Assembly (NCBI GenBank): GCA_976551045.1
Contig: CDPCPM010000014.1
Coordinates: forward strand, 28,458,001 to 28,522,000
Reading direction: 5' to 3'
Source: Glaucostegus cemiculus
Taxonomy: Eukaryota
DNA: 64,000 bases
The position numbers and the translations under genes are program-made. Position 1 is the stretch's first letter; every line of letters starts with the position of its first letter. The notes under the pieces are model-generated. The model saw only the letters and a list, made by a program, of their open reading frames with translations. It was not told where the DNA came from and made no database searches. Shown piece after piece: positions 39,483-52,739 of this stretch.

Positions 39483-41825
39483 TAATTGCCACCTTTTTCA
39501 AGAAAGATAGAGATTTGAGAGCATGACTTCCTATACCATACCAACTGACAGCAGGCCATGTACTCAACATTGAAATAATTTAGTATTAGCTGGGACTTCA
39601 AATATCACAGTAACTATCACAGTAAGTGCCTGTAGTGGTGCACTTTCTGATCCCTATCTGGCAAGGACATCATTTGAAATAGAGGCTCAAATTAAGACAT
39701 TCAGACCGGATTATTGAAAACATTAATGCAACTATTGATTCTGAACAAATCAGCATAAGGGATACCCTTCTGAGAACCTTAACCAGCTTCTAATGGGACA
39801 TAGAGGATTGTCTCAAGTGGAATTGATATAAACAGAAGTTATTGGCACAGCTTCCAGCATCCACCCCTTCTGATAAACTGTGTGGGCAATCAGTGATGAG
39901 CATTTTATCGTAGCAACCACAAACTTGCCAGAAGACAAAAAGAATGTGCACTGACAAGACTTCCACATAAAGAAGAATATATTTTTAAGAATTATCATCA
40001 CATTACTTTTGGTCACTTTTGTCATATATTCCAGGAATAGGTGAAAAACAGCATTACACAAATCAGAGAGCAAACCACCTGCCTACTTGACAGGGAGCAA
40101 AAGCTGAAAATGAAAATGGAACAGGAGTAATTATTATTTGACTTCATTACAAGTGCTATTGCTCACTTTCAGTTTTGCATCTGATACGAAAAGTTCACTA
40201 TAGATTCACCATAGCATTCCAGACACGACCCAAACTTAAACTCCAAATCAGTACTGAAAGAATGCTACATTGGCAAAGGTTTCATCCTTGCGTTGAGAAG
40301 ATAAACAGAGATCTCATTTACCTGGTCTGGATTTCCATCTCGATTACCACATCTTTTAACACAAATAAGTTGATAAGAAGTTATTAAGGCCAGCATCTCA
40401 AATACACAGTGAAAAATTCACTAATCCCCTTTTAAGACCTATCGGAAGTAGAACAGGAAAGTAAACAGCCATTAGCCACAGCAAAGACTGTATAAATGAC
40501 TGCCCAGTGCTTGCAAAATTCAAAGGTTACAAACACCAAGTAGTCCTTTCATACCTACCAGTCCTCTTTCTCCTGCTAACACTTTCATTGTTTCACTAAG
40601 ATCATTAAACAAATGTACCCCTTCCCTGCCATTATCCAATTCCAAAAAAGATGAAAACACCAAATGAATTCACAAATTTATGAATGAACCACCTCTGCCT
40701 TAAACAACACTCTGCAAACAAATTCAGTTCTGATTTTCCACAATGCTTTGGTGGTCAGAGTATAGTGCCTAATCCATTATCCCTTCAAGGTGCTCCCCAA
40801 CTTTGATATGACTGAAAAATGTCTAGCGCATTAGAGACTTGAGCAGCTGCTGTCCCAGAGGAACCAGACTGACAGCTCGGTTCCTGCTTTATGGTGGCTG
40901 GACTTGTCTAAAGCCATTGGAAGCAGATTTATTGTTGCTCTGAATAGCTCTCTTCACTCTTTACAGCTTAGCAGTAGTACAGGTGCAGGTATTCTTGTAG
41001 ATCTAATGAAGTTTCAGAAGTCCTATGCAAGTGTATTGTTCATGCTGTTCAAGGCTTTTACTAAAGCTATGGTAGCTAAGAATCTAGCAGCAACAGCTTT
41101 TTTTGGCATCTTGATAATCTGGTCAGAGGTCTCCTGGGAAGTCACTGTCTCTAGGATGTTATTGAGGTCATGAGAATCTGCCTACACTATACAGAATTTA
41201 GGGGTTGTGAACACCTCTTCTTCATCTATTATCTCCATCATATGAATGAAAGAACTCTCCACAGCCCAGCAAATGGAGCCTCTGAAGGTAAAGCCACCAA
41301 GATCTGGATTTCTCAGTGATAAGATCAACTGTCTGCCTCACCACCCCCAACCTACTTTTTTTTTAATATATTAATTCCACTCTATGGCCCTCATTTTTAA
41401 CTGATGCTTGATGACCAATGGATGGTAACATTTCAAAATGCCTGATTCCACAAGGAAAGATGATTCTAATGCTGGTAGTTGTGCAAACAAAAGGCCAAGC
41501 CAGAGTTCAAAGTGGTAACAACTGTTATATAAAAGCCTGATCTTGAGAATAGCTGGCTCTTTGTGTTTAGCTGTGTCTGTGAAGAAACAGTTGATGAATG
41601 TGAATACTCAAAGCATGACTCTTAGTTCAGGGCAAGCAGGAGAGCCAATAAATACTGATCTTGTCAGCCATTCTCACATGTTGGAAATAAATTTTTAAAA
41701 AAGAATTGAGGGATAAAAATCAATGTCACACCATTGTCATTGAGTTTTTCCACTTTAAATCCTCATAAAGACATCCTGTGAAGACTTGAAGACAACCAAG
41801 TCCCCATTGTCAGACTCAAAGGGTT

Positions 41826-41827
<2 letters not shown>

Positions 41828-41883
<56 letters not shown>
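41828..41883. repeat. (GA)28 microsatellite
   Basis: Uninterrupted GA run read directly. Confidence 0.98.
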
Positions 41884-41886
<3 letters not shown>

Positions 41887-42041
41887 ACTTTAAATATTGT
41901 GCTGCAATGTTTGAAGAGGTTGCTTTTGATTTCCCTGACACCTACATACAGAAAGAAACACAGGGGAGTTAGTAACTTGCATACAGGATGGTGGTTGTAT
42001 ACTTCCATCAGAGTCTTGACTTACTTTGTCAACATTCAGAG

Positions 42042-42096
42042 TCATTTTCAATGTGTGTTTTGGTGTACGTGTGACTAATAAAGACCTTATCTTGTC
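42042..42096 (+). mobile_element. Isolated 3' tail of the V-SINE family seen at 2255 and 12781
   Basis: cattttcaatgtgtgttttggtgtacgtgtgactaataaagaccttatctt. Confidence 0.7.
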
Positions 42097-43489
42097 ATTA
42101 AATTTCATTCTTTTTTTGTATTGAAGTTTTGGAGACTATTGCACAAACTGTCACCAGGCACCTGGGACTCTCTGTAGGTCTCTTGCCTTGCAGGTACTCT
42201 TTCCTGGATCTTACTTCTTTCAGTAGCACCTCCGTGATGTAACAGGATGATCTAGAGCATGTTGCAGCTACTGGCATGCCAAAACTGCTACTTCTGTCAT
42301 TTCATCAGGAAGTGTTGCAATCTTTTCTATACCATATAAAAAGTATATTCCCTCATTTTCTTTACTATCAGGGCAATGAGAGACTTTTCTAGATTTTAAG
42401 CAAATAATTTTCACGGTATCCTGGCTAACATACTTCTCTCAAACATTACCACCAGTAACAAGCTTGCTCTGCCATTCAATAAGATTATGACTGACCCGAA
42501 ATTACTCAAGTCCACTTTTCTGCCTCTCCCCATAACCTTTGATTATAAAACCGTAGGAACTTTTCACTTTGTTTTTGTTTGATTTTGCCAAGTACAAATT
42601 CCTAACTACACTTGGCTACATTAATGTAGCCACAGCTTTTCATTCCATGCAAAGTGCTTTAAAATATCATAATACTTCAAAAGATATTAAATAAAATTCT
42701 GAATGCAAAAGGCCAATAAATTTGAACCAGGCAGCTGGCTACCTAAGGGTAATTCCCATTAAACTCTCAAAAGCAGTATTTTCAGCACAATTCATCTTAT
42801 GAAATGTGTAGGAAAAAATTACCCTACATGGTTTTATTGTTTAAAATTTCAAAAGTTCTTATGACCTTGCAAAATTTGGATTAAAACTATTTTCTTTTGT
42901 TATTAATGTATGGTTATCCTCTCATTTTGTTTTTCCTGCTGTGCTGGTACTGATGCTAGTCTCATATTCATCCATCTTGCTTTGAAAGCCCCTCACCTCT
43001 GTCCCAAGCTCCCAGAAGCCCAGTTATCCAGAAAGAGAATAGCCAATGTGACTTTTGTCCTTGCACACAATGGTAATACATGAAGCATTTTTTTTTATTT
43101 TTACTAAATTTGCAAAATTAGGCTTTAAAATATTATTAAAAAATCTTGCTCCACAACATGCAGTAGGCAAAAGGCATTTGTTTGAAGGTGCAGGTTGCTC
43201 AGACATTGATTAATTCCTTGTGCATTGTACAGTTTCCTTAAATAGATACATAGGAGAAGCACTCTCATTAAGAGGCTGCTAGTTTGACTGAATGGCACAG
43301 TCCAATGGTGTTCAAACATATTTCACCATGAAAAACTAGGTCATGTATCTGCATCTATGCAGTTACCATCTTACCATTTAAAAAAAATACACCATCACTG
43401 GCACATTTTCAGTCTCTCCAAATTTTCTTTGAGCCTTCAGAAGCAGTCTTCTATGTAGCCACGGCTCTAACACAGCAAAGCTCTCAGTT

Positions 43490-43640
43490 TCAAATGCTGC
43501 AAATCTGAAATAATATCAGAAGATGCTATAATTACTCAGCAGGCCAGGCAACATCTATGGAGAGATGCTAATGGACTGGCTTTCTCTACAGGTGCTGACA
43601 GACCTGGTGAGTATTTTCAACATTTTCTGGTTTTATCTCA
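43490..43640. mobile_element. Penelope-type palindromic mini-element, central hammerhead deleted
   Basis: Arms tactcagcaggccaggcaacatctatggagaga / tttctctacaggtgctgacagacctggtgagta. Confidence 0.7.
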
Positions 43641-44259
43641 AGCTTCCAGATTCAGCTGTGCATTTCAGCTGAAAAAATTTCTGGGAGAAAATTGCCGCAG
43701 CTGATATCATGGCCCAGTGTTAGGAGCAGAAAGTCTGTATATTGTCTGCGCTGAGAATGTAGTGCATATAGGAAAGAGGAGTGAAATTAAAATCAGGGTA
43801 GGAGGAGATAATTTCAGCAGTAATTACATTACCAGCAAATTCTGTTGAATAAATGCATGTTCTAATAGTAGATTTATTGCAGCTAGAACTGGTAACTAGA
43901 TGTGCTAATTTAATCAAATTCAAAGCCCTGATCACTCAGCTATGCAGAATTATATAAAGTACAAATAGTGGTGCTTTCAGTTAAAAATGCAATGGGTATA
44001 TATTTCAATGAAAACCTTGATTCACCACTTTAAAAGTGGGAAAACCATTGGAAGTTGCATTCAGTGTGCTCTTGATCCCAGCTAGTTCTATTGTAGTAGG
44101 GAGTTCTAGGGGTTGAGGGGCGAGCAAGATAGTAGAGGGAGTGAAGTTGCACATTGGGCCACTCTGGAATTCATTTAGTAAAAGCAGAAAACCAACCGTA
44201 GTTCATCTTTTCCTTCTGAAAATGGCAGGCATGAAGTGAATTGGAAAGCACAGGAAGGT

Positions 44260-44738
44260 TAGGGTACAGAGGCGATTTACCAGGATGATGCCTGGATTAG
44301 AGGGTATGGAATATGAGGAGAGGCTTAAGGTGCTAGGGCTCTATTCGTTGGAGAGGAGGAGGATGAGAGGAGACTTGATAGAGGTATATAAGATATTGAG
44401 AGGAATAGATAGAGTTGACAGCCAGCGCCTCTTTCCCAGAGTGCAGATGCACAAGACAAGAGGGCATGGCTTTAAGATATTGGGTGGAAAGTTTAAGGGA
44501 GATGTCAGAGGGAAGTTTTTCACCCAGAGAGTGGTTGGTGCATGGAATGCGCTGCCTTGGGGGGTAGTAGAAGCAGATACGTTGGACAGGTTCAAGAGAT
44601 TATTGGATAGGCACATGGAAAAATGTGGAATAGTAGGATATGTGGGAGGAAAGAGTTAGATTGTGAGACGTTTGAAGGATGGCACAACTTGGTGGGCCGA
44701 AGGGCCTGTTTTGTGCTGTATTGTTCTATGGTTACTAT
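44260..44738 (+). mobile_element. Young CR1-clade LINE, 5'-truncated, with an uninterrupted ORF2 C-terminus
   Basis: ORF 44285..44659: YEERLKVLGLYSLERRRMRGDLIEVYKILRGIDRV...TRGH...FFTQRVVGAWNALP...FKRLLDRHM, then 3' UTR gggccgaagggcctgt...ttctatggtt. Confidence 0.95.
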
Positions 44739-44756
44739 ATTTTACTGTGAAAATAT

Positions 44757-44814
44757 TTGAAACAATGTGCATTGAAACAATGTGCATTGAAACAATGTGC
44801 ATTGAAACAATGTG
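44757..44814. repeat. Tandem repeat, 15-bp unit TTGAAACAATGTGCA x ~3.9
   Basis: Three perfect units plus 13 nt, read directly. Confidence 0.95.
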
Positions 44815-45291
44815 GCTAAAGCAATGACTGGATGTAAATGCAATTGAAAAAGTCTCTTTAGGATTGACTTCAAAAAGTCTTAAAATTGAGGGATTTTAAA
44901 TAAATACTGAAAGAATTTACAGTGGCTTTCCAGACAGCTTTAATGCTTTGCGCTGTGCTCGGTTTCCAAATAACTTCAATTGGTAAAATGAATGACTTGC
45001 TTCTCAGTTTAACTAGTTTCAATCCATAAATAATCACTGCTTTCATATTAAACATTCTACAATGCTTCCAAAATTTTGTAACTTTGATCTTTTATGGCAC
45101 TTATTAAAATAAGTTAGTAATAGTATAGATTTGATGGTTACAAAACTGAAAAATACAACGCACGTTAACTTTGTAGTAAATAGTCATCATCATCTATTGA
45201 TAATCTCCACCACCAATTCCTAAAACTCAGAAAGTTGCTTCTTCTATCTCTCTAAACACCAGACTGCATTAACACTGGGAGATGAATTCAA

Positions 45292-45435
45292 ACAAGATGC
45301 TGGAAATAGTTGTAATGAAAAGTCATTAACCTGAAATCTTAACTCTATTTCTCTCTCCACAGATGATGTCTGACCTGCTGAGTATTTCCAACATTTTATG
45401 CTGCTACTTCAGATTTCTAGCATTTGCAGCATTTA
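45292..45435 (+). mobile_element. Penelope-type mini-element, degenerate hammerhead
   Basis: gatgctggaaata (inverted stub)...aatgaaaagtcattaacctgaaatcttaactct...cacagatgatgtctgacctgctgagtatttcca. Confidence 0.7.
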
Positions 45436-45674
45436 TTTAAATCGTAAGCATTTTCATTTCACACTAAGATGAGCAATATGCATGATCAAAACTACTTAAT
45501 TCAGTGGTACAATTTGTCTTTTGGTATAAATATAACAAAGTATGAATGACACCATTCACCCTTAGATATGTGTCTGTCTTAAAACTCAATGTTCATCTTT
45601 TCTCTACCATGTTATAAGATCCAGGGCAGAATTTCCCTTTGTATATTTAAATTGTGTATTATATATTTCCTTAT

Positions 45675-46003
45675 GATATAGAAGAGGGCATTTGGCCCAT
45701 TGAGTTTTGTCAGCTCTCAGAGTAATACCACCAATCCAATTCTATCATTCATTTCCCTCTAACCCATTCTCTCTCCCATGCCTATCAACTCCCCCTTGAT
45801 TTTCCTACCACCCATCAATAACAGGGGTAACTTACAGTAACCAGTTAAGCTACCAGCCAGTACTCCTTTTGGGATGTGGGAGGAAACCAAAGTATCCTGG
45901 GCAAACCTATTCTGTTACATGGAGAACATTCAAATTCCATCCAGGCACAACCACTGGAGACTTGAACTATTTGCAGCAACACCGGGCCTCTCATATTGCC
46001 ACC
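45675..46003 (-). mobile_element. HE1-like V-SINE (CR1-type tail), near full length, diverged
   Basis: gggatgtgggaggaaacc core (antisense of ggtttcctcccacatccc), tail gcatttggcccattgag, head ending gccacc. Confidence 0.75.
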
Positions 46004-46489
46004 TCTTGTACTTTTAAAACAGAAAGGTGGAGTGCTCTGTTGCAGCTCCTCTTTTATCCTCCCTGCAGGTCTTTACTGCTGGACTTCCTATGCAGGTCTA
46101 TTCCCAATATTCAAGCTACCTTTCTGATAACTATGTCTCTTCTCTAAGGTCCCTACTGACTTCCAATGAATTGGATTGTTGTAAAAGCAACAATAAATCG
46201 CTGGTAGAATGACATATCCTCTTTGTCCCTAGGATTTCAAGTTTCAGCAGCGGCACTTGAAAACCAATACACATCTGTTTAACTCATTTGCTTCAATTTA
46301 AACACATTCTAGAATGGATAAAATCTAGATTGTTTCTGTGGAAATAAAATGTCCAGAGATTCCTATCTTAACAGTCACTTTAAAATACTGATTAAATCTC
46401 ACTTGCAGCATTCTGTTCAATTCTGTTTTTGTTTTGAAGGCTTCAGAAAGGAGATGAAAATGGTAGTTATATGGAGAGACCCAAGAAGC

Positions 46490-46855
46490 AGAGGTTGCTC
46501 ATGAGAATATTTGATGGAACCATTCAAAATCAATAACGAGAAAAATTTCCAGTAGCAATAGGGTCAATCACCAGAGCCCACAGATTGAGGGTGATTTGCA
46601 AAAGCACCAGATGCAACAAGAGCATTTTTTAACTACATCACAGGTTGTTGCAATCCAGAATGAACTGCCTAAAAGCAGAAGGGAAACAAAAATAATAACT
46701 TTCAAAAGGGAGCTGAATAATATGTGTAGGGGAAAAAAAAATCAGTACTACGGGGAAAGAAGTGTACTGTGAAAATAATTGGCTATCCCTACCAAAGGAC
46801 TGGTACAGGCACAAGAGGATAAATGGCTGCTTTTTGCCAATTCTTTCTATAATTA
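46490..46855 (+). mobile_element. Old CR1-clade LINE 3' fragment
   Basis: accagagcccacagattgagggtgatt (TRAHRLRVI)...cagaatgaactgcct...ttcaaaagggagctg (FKREL) and 3' UTR. Confidence 0.7.
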
Positions 46856-48299
46856 AATGAGCATATTCCTTTACATCAGAAACGGTCTTACGATAATACA
46901 TACCCCTCCCCCTTCTTTCTGGCTGTAGAGCACAATAATAAACAGATCATGCTCCTGAAGGACTCATGGAGTCAAGGAAAACATTGCTTGGAATTCCTAT
47001 GTTCAGATATCAACACAGATCCTAGTCAGTCAGCCACACAACTAAACACTAATATGATTATTCAAATTGTTGGTTTAAACATGTTAATGACAATTTGGAG
47101 TTGATCATGTACAAATAAAGCACACACACATATTATGCGGTATTAAGATGAAACAAAGAATGCAAGAATAAGAAGCATAACGACAAAAAGCAAAGAGTAA
47201 CAAAAATATTATAAAGGGAAAAAAAAAACAGAATGTGAAATCTGTTCCTTTCTATCCACACTTTTCCACTCAGTCTTTTTCTTAAATCTGTTTCAGGAGG
47301 TGGCTGTCTTCTCCAGAGTTGTCATTTACGTTAAATTAATTTATAAAAATGTGTAATTGTGTCTTGTTCTTCTGTAGGTATACACTATTGCAAACAGAAG
47401 GCTGATGATTTTTTTTGTTAAGTTTTGCACATTTTGAGAACAGAATTGAGAAGAAAGGCTGTCTTGTTTTTGTGGCTTGTTTAATGGAGATGGAGTTATC
47501 GCTTCTGCTCACTGTGTCACCACAGATACTGATAATTGGAATGATGGAAAGAAGATTAGTGGGGAGTTAGTCCTGTGCGTAATCTTGTATTGCTGGATCA
47601 GATCTATTCTGTAGGGAATAGGTTATCTCATTTTAGTTTTCATTTGTATTAAGTTGAGGTGCCAAGAGCAGGAGCTGAGATAGTGGCTGGATGTTGTTTC
47701 TTTGCAGTGAGAAAAATAACCATAGCCTTAGATCAGAGAAAAATAAACTGAATCAGACAGAAAGGTGAGGGATGCAATCATGTGGGGACAACTAATGAGT
47801 GAAACTGTTAAAATTAGGAGAATTTCAAAAAACTGCTGTAAAGACAATTACAAGGCAAGCAAAACCAGCATACCAGATAGAAAGCAAAACACAACAAAAT
47901 GGCAGTAAAATGGAGCCCTAGAATGTCAAGTCAGAATGCTAGCCAACAAAATAGAAATTTCCAACTGTTTCTTGGGTAGAAAATCCAGATATTTTGGCCA
48001 TAAATTCACCAATTTATGGTTTGTTTAAATCATGGACAGAGAATCTTCTGATTCTCTTCAGAGAATTTTAATATTTAATTTAAAAACGTGTGATTATCCA
48101 AGGATGTTGCAGCCATTAAATGGCTGAGGCCTGGTACTAACACCATGCAAAGGAGGATTTCAGGCACCATGCACCATCAAGCTAACTCATGGTGCTTTTG
48201 AGTTGGTGCTAGTGAATAGAGGATTGTCATTTTTGTACAAACCTTCCTAGAAAGATTGTTTTTTTCCCCACTGCCTTTAATGCACCAGGAAGACTCAAA

Positions 48300-48580
48300 G
48301 TGGTCCTTAACTTTTACTTTTGAAATCTATACTGTTGCAAACATGGTGCCCAATTCTCACATAGCAAAATCCCACATTCAAAGAGATAAACAAGGCAATT
48401 TCTTTAGGTTCAGGGATAAGAGTTGGCCAAGACATTGGAGATATTTCTTGCTCTTTTTCCAAAAAGTGCCTTATGATCTTAAGCACCTTTCTGAATAGAC
48501 TGATGGGATATTGGGATAAGTTAACCAAAAGGGAGAAACTGTGGCAGTGTCTCATCCTGGGCCAATGTGTCAGCATTGAT
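48300..48580 (-). mobile_element. DeuSINE-like SINE fragment
   Basis: agggataagagttggccaagaca...cttgctctttttccaaaaagtgccttatgatctt is the antisense of the Deu-domain core. Confidence 0.7.
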
Positions 48581-49261
48581 GCTGCTTTTTGTGTTCAATT
48601 TGTTTCTTCCACCAAGGTTACAGGAAAGTAGCAGGCCAATTTTACATGAATTCATGATCATCTTAATGCTATGGGGCTGAGGGAGGGAATGACTCACAGC
48701 AAAAGGTATAAATAGGAAACTATTGATTTCAGATTGACTGCCTGTAAATACCCATTCCAGGTTTTCTTTCCACTCAAGTTGAACAGAGGCTGCAAAAAGA
48801 GGCTGATCTACCTCTGCATTCTGTTCATTCCAAAATTAAAATCATACCCTCCCTGAAGTCCCTACACACTCCACCACTCTCCTCTCCTAGGTTGCAGCCT
48901 GAATTACAACATCCAGGCTCAGGGTTAAAAGCATTGCTGCTGCACCAGGGTGATGTCAAATAAATACAGGACATAGGAAGGAAGCCAATGTTTGATACTC
49001 CCTGTGTAATTTAGGAAAGCACCTATTTGTTTCACCAGAACTTAATGCTCTTCCAACAATTTAATGTAATCTTGTGGTCATTTGAATGCCCTGCCTTCTA
49101 TTCAGGCACATACAAGCATCGACATAGTAAGCAAAATCATCATACTCAGCATCTCTGGTTAAGGTGTGTCTTGAGGCCAACACTGTCTAGCTCACCTGGC
49201 TATGAGCATTGCTGGATGATCTGAGCGATCCTTACGTTACTAGCCTTTGTTCATGTATGAT

Positions 49262-49405
49262 ATAGGTGTTCCTTGCAGTACCAGCCTTTATTGTCATCAC
49301 CATCTGCCCTGAGAAGGTGGTGGCAAATCACCTTATTGAACTGGTATATTTCCTGTATGAACATGTTTCAATCATATTGCTGGGTAAAGAGTTTCTGCAT
49401 TTAAG
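49262..49405 (-). mobile_element. Old non-LTR retrotransposon 3' end
   Basis: ccagcctttattg...tgccctgagaaggtggtgg...ccttattgaac resembles a common chondrichthyan LINE terminus; a related sense-strand tail lies at 41625-41690. Confidence 0.45.
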
Positions 49406-49544
49406 TTCAACAAAAAAGATAAGCTTGATGTTTGCAATGGGTGGTCCAACTACAACCATCCTGTGGAATACACGTTATGAGCTTCCTAAACCCCAACCTT
49501 AATCCTGAGTAGAGGTACCAGAAAAAGATCTGATCTACTGCTGG

Positions 49545-49648
49545 CTAAAAAACAGAAAACATTGCAAATATTCAGCAGATCAGGGAGCATCTATGAAAAG
49601 AGAAATAAAGATTAACATTTCAGGTCGAGGGCCCTTTGTCAGACCTGG
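49545..49648 (-). mobile_element. Penelope-type mini-element with degenerate hammerhead (49610-49646)
   Basis: Minus strand CTGACAA-A-GGGCC-CTC-GACCT-GAAAT-GTTA, then ...atagatgctccctgatctgctgaatattt. Confidence 0.75.
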
Positions 49649-51249
49649 AGAGCGATTGGTGGCTTCACAGATGCCATCAATGGCACTTATGCTTTGAGAA
49701 ACCATGAGAATGTGCAAATTGTAATGCTGTTGTTGATATGTGGTGAGAAAAGGGTAGAAGAGTTGGTACTGATGGACTGTTGGTCTTCAAGTTATATCTT
49801 GTAAACAGTAGATTAGTTTATGTTAGAAAGAGGCAAAGACATTACATTGAGGGTGAACATGACCTTGACATTTCTGCAGTTGGGTTTGGCTGCACGTCTC
49901 CCCTGTAGCATTTGGCATAACAATCAATGGAGAAACATTTCTCCTTTTTAAAGCCAGACCATTGGACGTGGTGCAGAGCATAAATCAATGGCTTGCATCA
50001 AAAGTTTATTTTCTTACCACATGAAATCCCATCATGGGAAATAATCTCCGTCCCTTACAATGAAATAGCAGCGAAAAAAAACATTTGGTGTTGAAGTTCG
50101 TCCTTGGTCACATGGTCCAAATATTCATTCCACATCTAAATTTGGGGTTGTATTGATTTTAAGACATGCAAACATTATTGACCCAAAATGACTTTCTATC
50201 TCAACTCTATTTAAAAAGCATTTTTGCACCAAATGATAGGTATTAATGTCTATTTAAAATGGTAGCCCTTAATTCAAGGTAGCATTGGTGTAGAAACAGG
50301 ACAAAAATGCCATTTTTGCTCTTCCTTTGTTATGACCTTGTTCATGTTGAACACTGAATTGTGCGGGGAAGATCTTTCCAGAATTAATTCAGGGAGTTTG
50401 CCATCAATGACAATTACTCAACAAACCCTTTGGGTGTGGGGAGATGGTTTATAGCACAAGGCTGACTGATTGATCCAGACATGTGCTGCTATAAGATACA
50501 AAAGTTACATTTGATATTAATTTTGCTTGCAGCACGAGTTTCGTTGCACTTGTGTACAAAAACAGCATGGTTCAGGGATGCAATGGTAGTTCAGGTCACC
50601 CTACTTCCTCCTACCATTCCTAATTTATTTTCCAATAAAACAGGCAAAAGACAATTATCTTACAGTGAAGGCATCACTTGAACCCTAGGGATACATTTCC
50701 CAACATTTTTTTTCTGAAGAAGTAGTTGTATGGTCTATGCATATGGAAAAATAAAATTCTTTCTGGATCACTGTGTCCTGCACAGGAACTTGAATGGGAA
50801 CAAGGGGACAAACCGATAATTCTACAGATTCTGGGAAAATTGGCAGTTTTCTAGACTGAATGCTATTTCTTATTGCTGTTAGTCAGTGGGGAAGGTGAAT
50901 AACTTGTTAAGCCTGCTAAATAATTCACCTGTAAGCTTCCAGGTATATCTATGCTGGACCAGATGTGGCCCAATGCATAGAAATGAATAGTATACTGACT
51001 TTGGTTGCCTTTGGCAGTGCTAGGTAAATATTATAATTGTACGGTGCAGCTTCATCAGCACTTTTCTGCTTCACCTGAGCCTCCTTAGCCACATCTCTGC
51101 TGTCATTAGCAAGTAGCTATGCTTAGCTCAAGAGACCAACTTACACTGAAATGGTGAAAGCAAATATGCTATGCAATATGGCTGCCCTGGGTGGCTCATT
51201 ACAAAATGTGATGCCACTGGAACACTCAATGCATTATCTATAAGAAGTC

Positions 51250-51750
51250 ATTACAGCAAGGTCAGAATGTGTTCAAACTCCAGACAGGGCACACCCACAG
51301 AGCATAGGTGATCACTTTAGTGCAGTACTGAGGGAGGATTAGATTACTGAATTTTGGAAGATCAAACTACGGCCCATCTGTCAATTAGGGCAGTTAGAAA
51401 CATTTATTTGAAGGAGAGCAGAGTCTTCTAACATAATGAAAACAGAAAATGCTGGGAACATTCAGCAGGTCAAGCAGCATTGGTGGAAAAGGAAACAGAA
51501 TTACCATTTCAGGTCAAACATGCTTCAAAGGAACTGGGTATGAACAGAGTCTTCTAATATCCTGTCCAACTGTAACCTCCTAGCAAACCCTACATCAATA
51601 TTTGGCCAATCTTCTCATTAGTGGGTATTGGCTGTGTATAATTTAGTTGCTGTGCCTACACAGCACTTAAACATTATTCATTGCTTGCAAAGCACAAAGT
51701 CATCATGTGAACTTGAAAAGCACTATATAAATGCAGATTTTCTTTCTTTG
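51250..51750 (+). mobile_element. DeuSINE-like SINE, near full length, interrupted by a Penelope-type insert
   Basis: gttcaaactcc B-box, gtgcagtactgaggga, tatttgaaggagagcag core, L2-type tail gaaaagcactatataaatgcag...tctttcttt. Confidence 0.75.
51432..51544 (-). mobile_element. Penelope-type mini-element with perfect 13-bp TSD
   Basis: aacagaaaatgctgggaacattcagcaggtcaagcagcat...tttcaggtc; cagagtcttctaa at 51419-51431 and 51545-51557. Confidence 0.85.
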
Positions 51751-52739
51751 GATAAATATTTGAGCTTCTTCTCTTGAGCCTCTTTGCATTTGTTTGCTCT
51801 TGCTGTGCTATTAGTACTGTAACAGATAGAGGGGACCCCTTAAATAATCAAACTGGCTCTCTAATTGATGTTCTGGATGACTGAACCCATTAGCAGACTG
51901 TTTTCACCTTCTAGTAATTTAGTTAGGTCAGGAAATATAATGGTAAGTGTGTGTTGTAGTGAACTCTTGACATTGTTGCCCTTTGTATTGTGCATGTTAC
52001 AATTTTTGAAGTGCAAGGTAAGGATATGGGAGAAACAATGTAAAGAAACACAAATGAGCTGAGTAAAATAAAGACCAACAATGTGTTTCACCTGAAAAAG
52101 ACTGGCTTCCTCTGTATTAAGCTGTGACATGTACACTATGAGTGAAAGATGCTAAAGCAAGAATTATATAAAAAACATCCAACCAAGAAGCTTGAAAGAT
52201 AAATTACATTTTATTTTTCTTGATAAAAGAAATTGAGGATGGATAATTGAGGATTTATTTTTTAAAGCGTTGATCCCCATACAATTTTTTTTATCTGATT
52301 GACATGTTGGATGGAGTAACAGACACTGAACTGCAAAATATCATTTGAAATGAATAACTTTTTCAGTTTGCCATGTCAAAAAATTTAGTGAATTAAAAAT
52401 CAAACTTCTGAAACATTAGTAAAGTCTGCCTGCAAAAGGAAGATTTTGTGTTCTGTAGCAAAATTCTATTATTGTTATTAAATAGCTACCTGAATAGCTT
52501 ACAAGTATAGCTTTAAATAATTTGTTTTACAAATTCTGTTCTGGATAATCTACACAACTTTATTCCTTAGTTAAATGAAAATTGGCAACTGGAGAATGTG
52601 CAAAATTCCCCAATGTTAAAATAAGTATACAGAAGTAACACTCACGAATAGCAAATGCAATGAGTAAGTTTGATATGCAGTGTGGATTTTTTTGTTACTG
52701 TTTGGCTAAACAGTGCCATTTTACACCACCAACCTTACA

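Noticed and set aside
41763-42078. ORFs with ERERER / SLSLSL runs
   Set aside because: Translations of the (GA)28 microsatellite.
44757-44814. Repeat array as CRISPR
   Set aside because: 15-bp head-to-tail units with no spacers, eukaryotic context, no cas genes.
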